Positions 61,241-64,000 of a stretch of 64,000 nucleotides of DNA are shown here, piece after piece. The position numbers and the translations under genes were made by a program. Source of the DNA: Vicugna vicugna (Eukaryota); NCBI GenBank assembly GCA_013265495.1, contig MU058718.1, forward strand, positions 558,001 through 622,000, given 5' to 3'. The notes beneath the pieces were generated by a model. It was given only the letters and a program-made list of their open reading frames with translations, did no database searches and was not told where the DNA came from. Each line of letters begins with the position of its first letter. Position 1 is the stretch's first letter.

Positions 61241-64000
61241 GGACAAAAATGAAACCTGTCAATCAGTCTTTCTTCCCTTGTCTCTGCTCCCATGGTACAC
61301 AGCCTCATCACTCATCAACAGCCTGGCCTTCCAAAAAGTCTTTAGGCGTGGGGTTCATACAAAATTTCTGAGGACATGATGATAATATGAGGGGCAATGT
61401 GCTTCTTAAACCAATGAAATTCTGTTCTCTATTTCCTTTTCCTTTTTGGGATGGATGGGAATGTTTTTTCCCCGCTCTTGGCCGCCGGAAGGCTTTGTAT
61501 GAGCAAAGAGGGAAGAGAGACGTTCCACTCACACGATACCAAGGGAAAGAAGGATATAACTGAGTACCAACTTAGAATAGAGAATCCTTCCCCTGGGATA
61601 AGTCACCGTGAAGCTTTTGCAAAGAACAAGGACAACTGAATTTAGAAACCATAATCAGCATATTTAGTCCAAACATGTATAACCAGTAGCCACCACGGGG
61701 CATATTAAAGGGAAATGTCCATATCCCTGTTTAATGTTCCACATCTGTTCATTAATTTCTAGTTGAGTAGCTGGTCTCATTCCTCCCTTAGCCTGAGATA
61801 CTAGTCTGAGATCCCTATCCCACAGGGACATCCACTCTGTGCTTCAGAGCTGACTTAAGCCTTCAGGATGGGTATTTACTATAAAAGGAAAAACAAAGCA
61901 GGCAGATGATGTTAATCCTCTGAGAGCAGGAGCTGGTCTACTTGGGAGAGAACTTAGTGACAATCCCTGGCAGGGAACGCTGACACCAAGACAAAAAGAG
62001 GGAGAGATCGATGTTTGTGAAAAATAAAAAGAGCAGGAATGCTGGGCCGTGAGCTTTATTTCACACTCTTGACCCATGAGGTCCATTCCTAAAGGACAAT
62101 GTGTAGCCAAATCTGGCTTGTCTGTCTGGATGGAAAGGAAGGCTCGGATGAACACAGTGTCTCAGCAAGGTATGCACAGCTGCTAGCAAGAAGGATGGAT
62201 TCACACTAAATTAAGCTTAATTATGGGAATTCTGTATTCTTTTCCCAAGGTGTGGGGTGAGGACTGACACACAGCTCCTGGAAATCTGGACCTCTCCCAA
62301 ATTCTACTACAGATTCCCTCTTGTTCTCGTAAACTGGGCGTCTAAAAACTAGACAAATAGCAATTAGATGATGGCATCGTGAGGTGGACCAGAAAGTAGC
62401 TTTAAAAGGCTGAAGACTCCTGCCAAAAGGCCGGGTCACAGAAAGGAAGAGATGTGAATCCAAGAGGAAAAGCTGGCTCTCTTTAAAAGCACTTGATTTG
62501 ATTTCAGATTTCAGTTCTCAGAAAAATATGAATTAACCTGGAAAGTTAAACTGGCGTCTGCTCTTGGACAGAGGAATCAGATGACATACTCAGGACAGGC
62601 TTGTTAAGAGCTGCCTCTCCTGGGCTCTCCTGGGAGGCCATCCTGGGCAGTGTTTGATGGCAGGAGTCCTCAGGGGTGGCTTCTAGTGAAGATGTCGCCA
62701 GGTAGGGTGGGGGAGGGGCACGCGTGCTGAACACACCCTGGCTGCTGACCCTCTGGGGTGCAGGACATTTCTGCTGCGGGACCTGTAGGCTGCACCGCAA
62801 ATATACTTTTCCACATGTGAACCCTACATCATTTTATCATGTTTCTTCCTTCAAATTAGTTTTGCCATTTAATTTGCTAAGGACTTTATATTTTGAATCT
62901 CACAGCAATTCTTAGGGAGAAGGACAGCTCACTAGGTCAGCAGAAAGTGGATATACTTAGAAGAGGGTCCCCTGTTTAGTCCTGTCACTGTCACCACATA
63001 GCTTGTTTTCTGAACACACGTCTTGAGCCTCTAAAGAAAATCTTGGGTAGAAGGTCTTGTCTGCATCATTTTCTGACTGAGCAGCTGTGAGGAGACAGTT
63101 CTTATCAATTCTAAAGGAAGGGCTTCTAAAAGAAGGTGATACATGGACTATCCCTTGAACTTTGGAATATTTTGGCTTTTATTATAAAGCAGGGGTGGGA
63201 CATTTATTCCATTTTCTCTCATTCATTTCTCTTTAAAAATGTGCTCTCGTTACTCATTTTTTACCTCGGGAGACCAGCATGCAGTGAGCACACTTTTACC
63301 TGCCTTTGGAGCATGCCTAAGGTAAAAAGAAGGCTTCAAAACAAAACACAAAGGAAAAAGAAAACAAAGAAAAGAAAGGAAAAGGAAAAAAGAAAGAAAA
63401 GATAATGAAGCTCCTGCAACCAGACAGCGGCCCCAGCCTCGGTCCCCTGGGCGAGGCCTGCACCCTGGAGAATGGCCTTCAGGCAGGGCCTTCCTGGCCC
63501 TTCAACACAAGGGCCGGGCCTCCTTCTCGCGGTCACCAATTAGAACCACACACACACTTTCTTGGAAACCATCCATCCAGACACTCCACTTTGCTAGGAA
63601 AGAAGCTAGTCCAGAGCAACGCTATCTGTAGCCCTCTAGGTCCCTCAGATACTCTGCTGCCCTGCTGCCCAACGCCCAGCCAGGCTTACCAGGAGCATGG
63701 CTGGGCCTCCTCCCATCACCTGGGGCTCAGCTGCCTGAGCCAGCACCATGTAGCATACACTCAACAGTGGGTTTTGGTAGGTCTCCAAAACTATGACACA
63801 GTCCCCTGACAACTGTGAAAGAGGAAGAAAGGAGGACACATCCCCTTTGTGCTAAAAGGAGCTATTGTTTTTGCTGCCTGTTAAACACCTTTAAAGACCC
63901 ATTTGTATCACCAGAGGAAAACATGGAGACCCATCCTACGCGCACTGGGCACGCAGCATGCAATCCACCACCAACTGTAGTTGGGGGCGGAGGAGGGGTG

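Larger units (their letters stand above)
12980..64000 (-). other. SAMD4A: SAMD4A (Smaug homolog 1) gene, 3' portion; extends beyond the window at the 5' end
   Basis: Nine exons splice in frame with GT-AG boundaries and matching phases. The peptide matches mammalian SAMD4A as I recall it ([18 protein letters not shown]...[23 protein letters not shown]). The 3' boundary is inferred from the poly(A) signal. Confidence 0.97.

Noticed and set aside
1..64000. CRISPR array, operon or other prokaryotic/viral system
   Set aside because: The sequence is mammalian intron/exon DNA; I saw no regularly spaced repeats, intact ERV genes or transposase ORFs.

Overview
Mammalian genomic DNA, most likely camelid: a Vic-1-type tRNA-derived SINE is present and I saw no ruminant or pig SINEs. 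The window holds the 3' half of SAMD4A (Smaug homolog 1) on the minus strand. Nine coding exons (53872 down to the TAG at 17347-17349) splice in frame with canonical GT-AG junctions, encoding most of the SAM domain through the C-terminus ...DGVDRTSTI*. A ~4.4 kb 3'UTR ends near an AATACA signal (~13000). The upstream exons lie beyond base 64000. Bases 1-12900 are intergenic and rich in nested L1, LTR, MIR, L2 and DNA-transposon relics. Nearly all ORF-track entries are spurious, and I see no new gene system. The best candidates for undescribed biology are regulatory: a frame-preserving 24-nt microexon in the last intron, a strong orphan acceptor giving a truncated C-terminus (DFTP*), a possible internal first exon giving a SAM-less isoform, a tandem donor coupled to a long alternative frame, a Smaug-recognition-like hairpin and G-quadruplexes in the gene's own 3'UTR, and muscle-type enhancer clusters (MEF2/SRF/TEAD/GATA). 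All are inferences from sequence and need RNA-seq or conservation checks.
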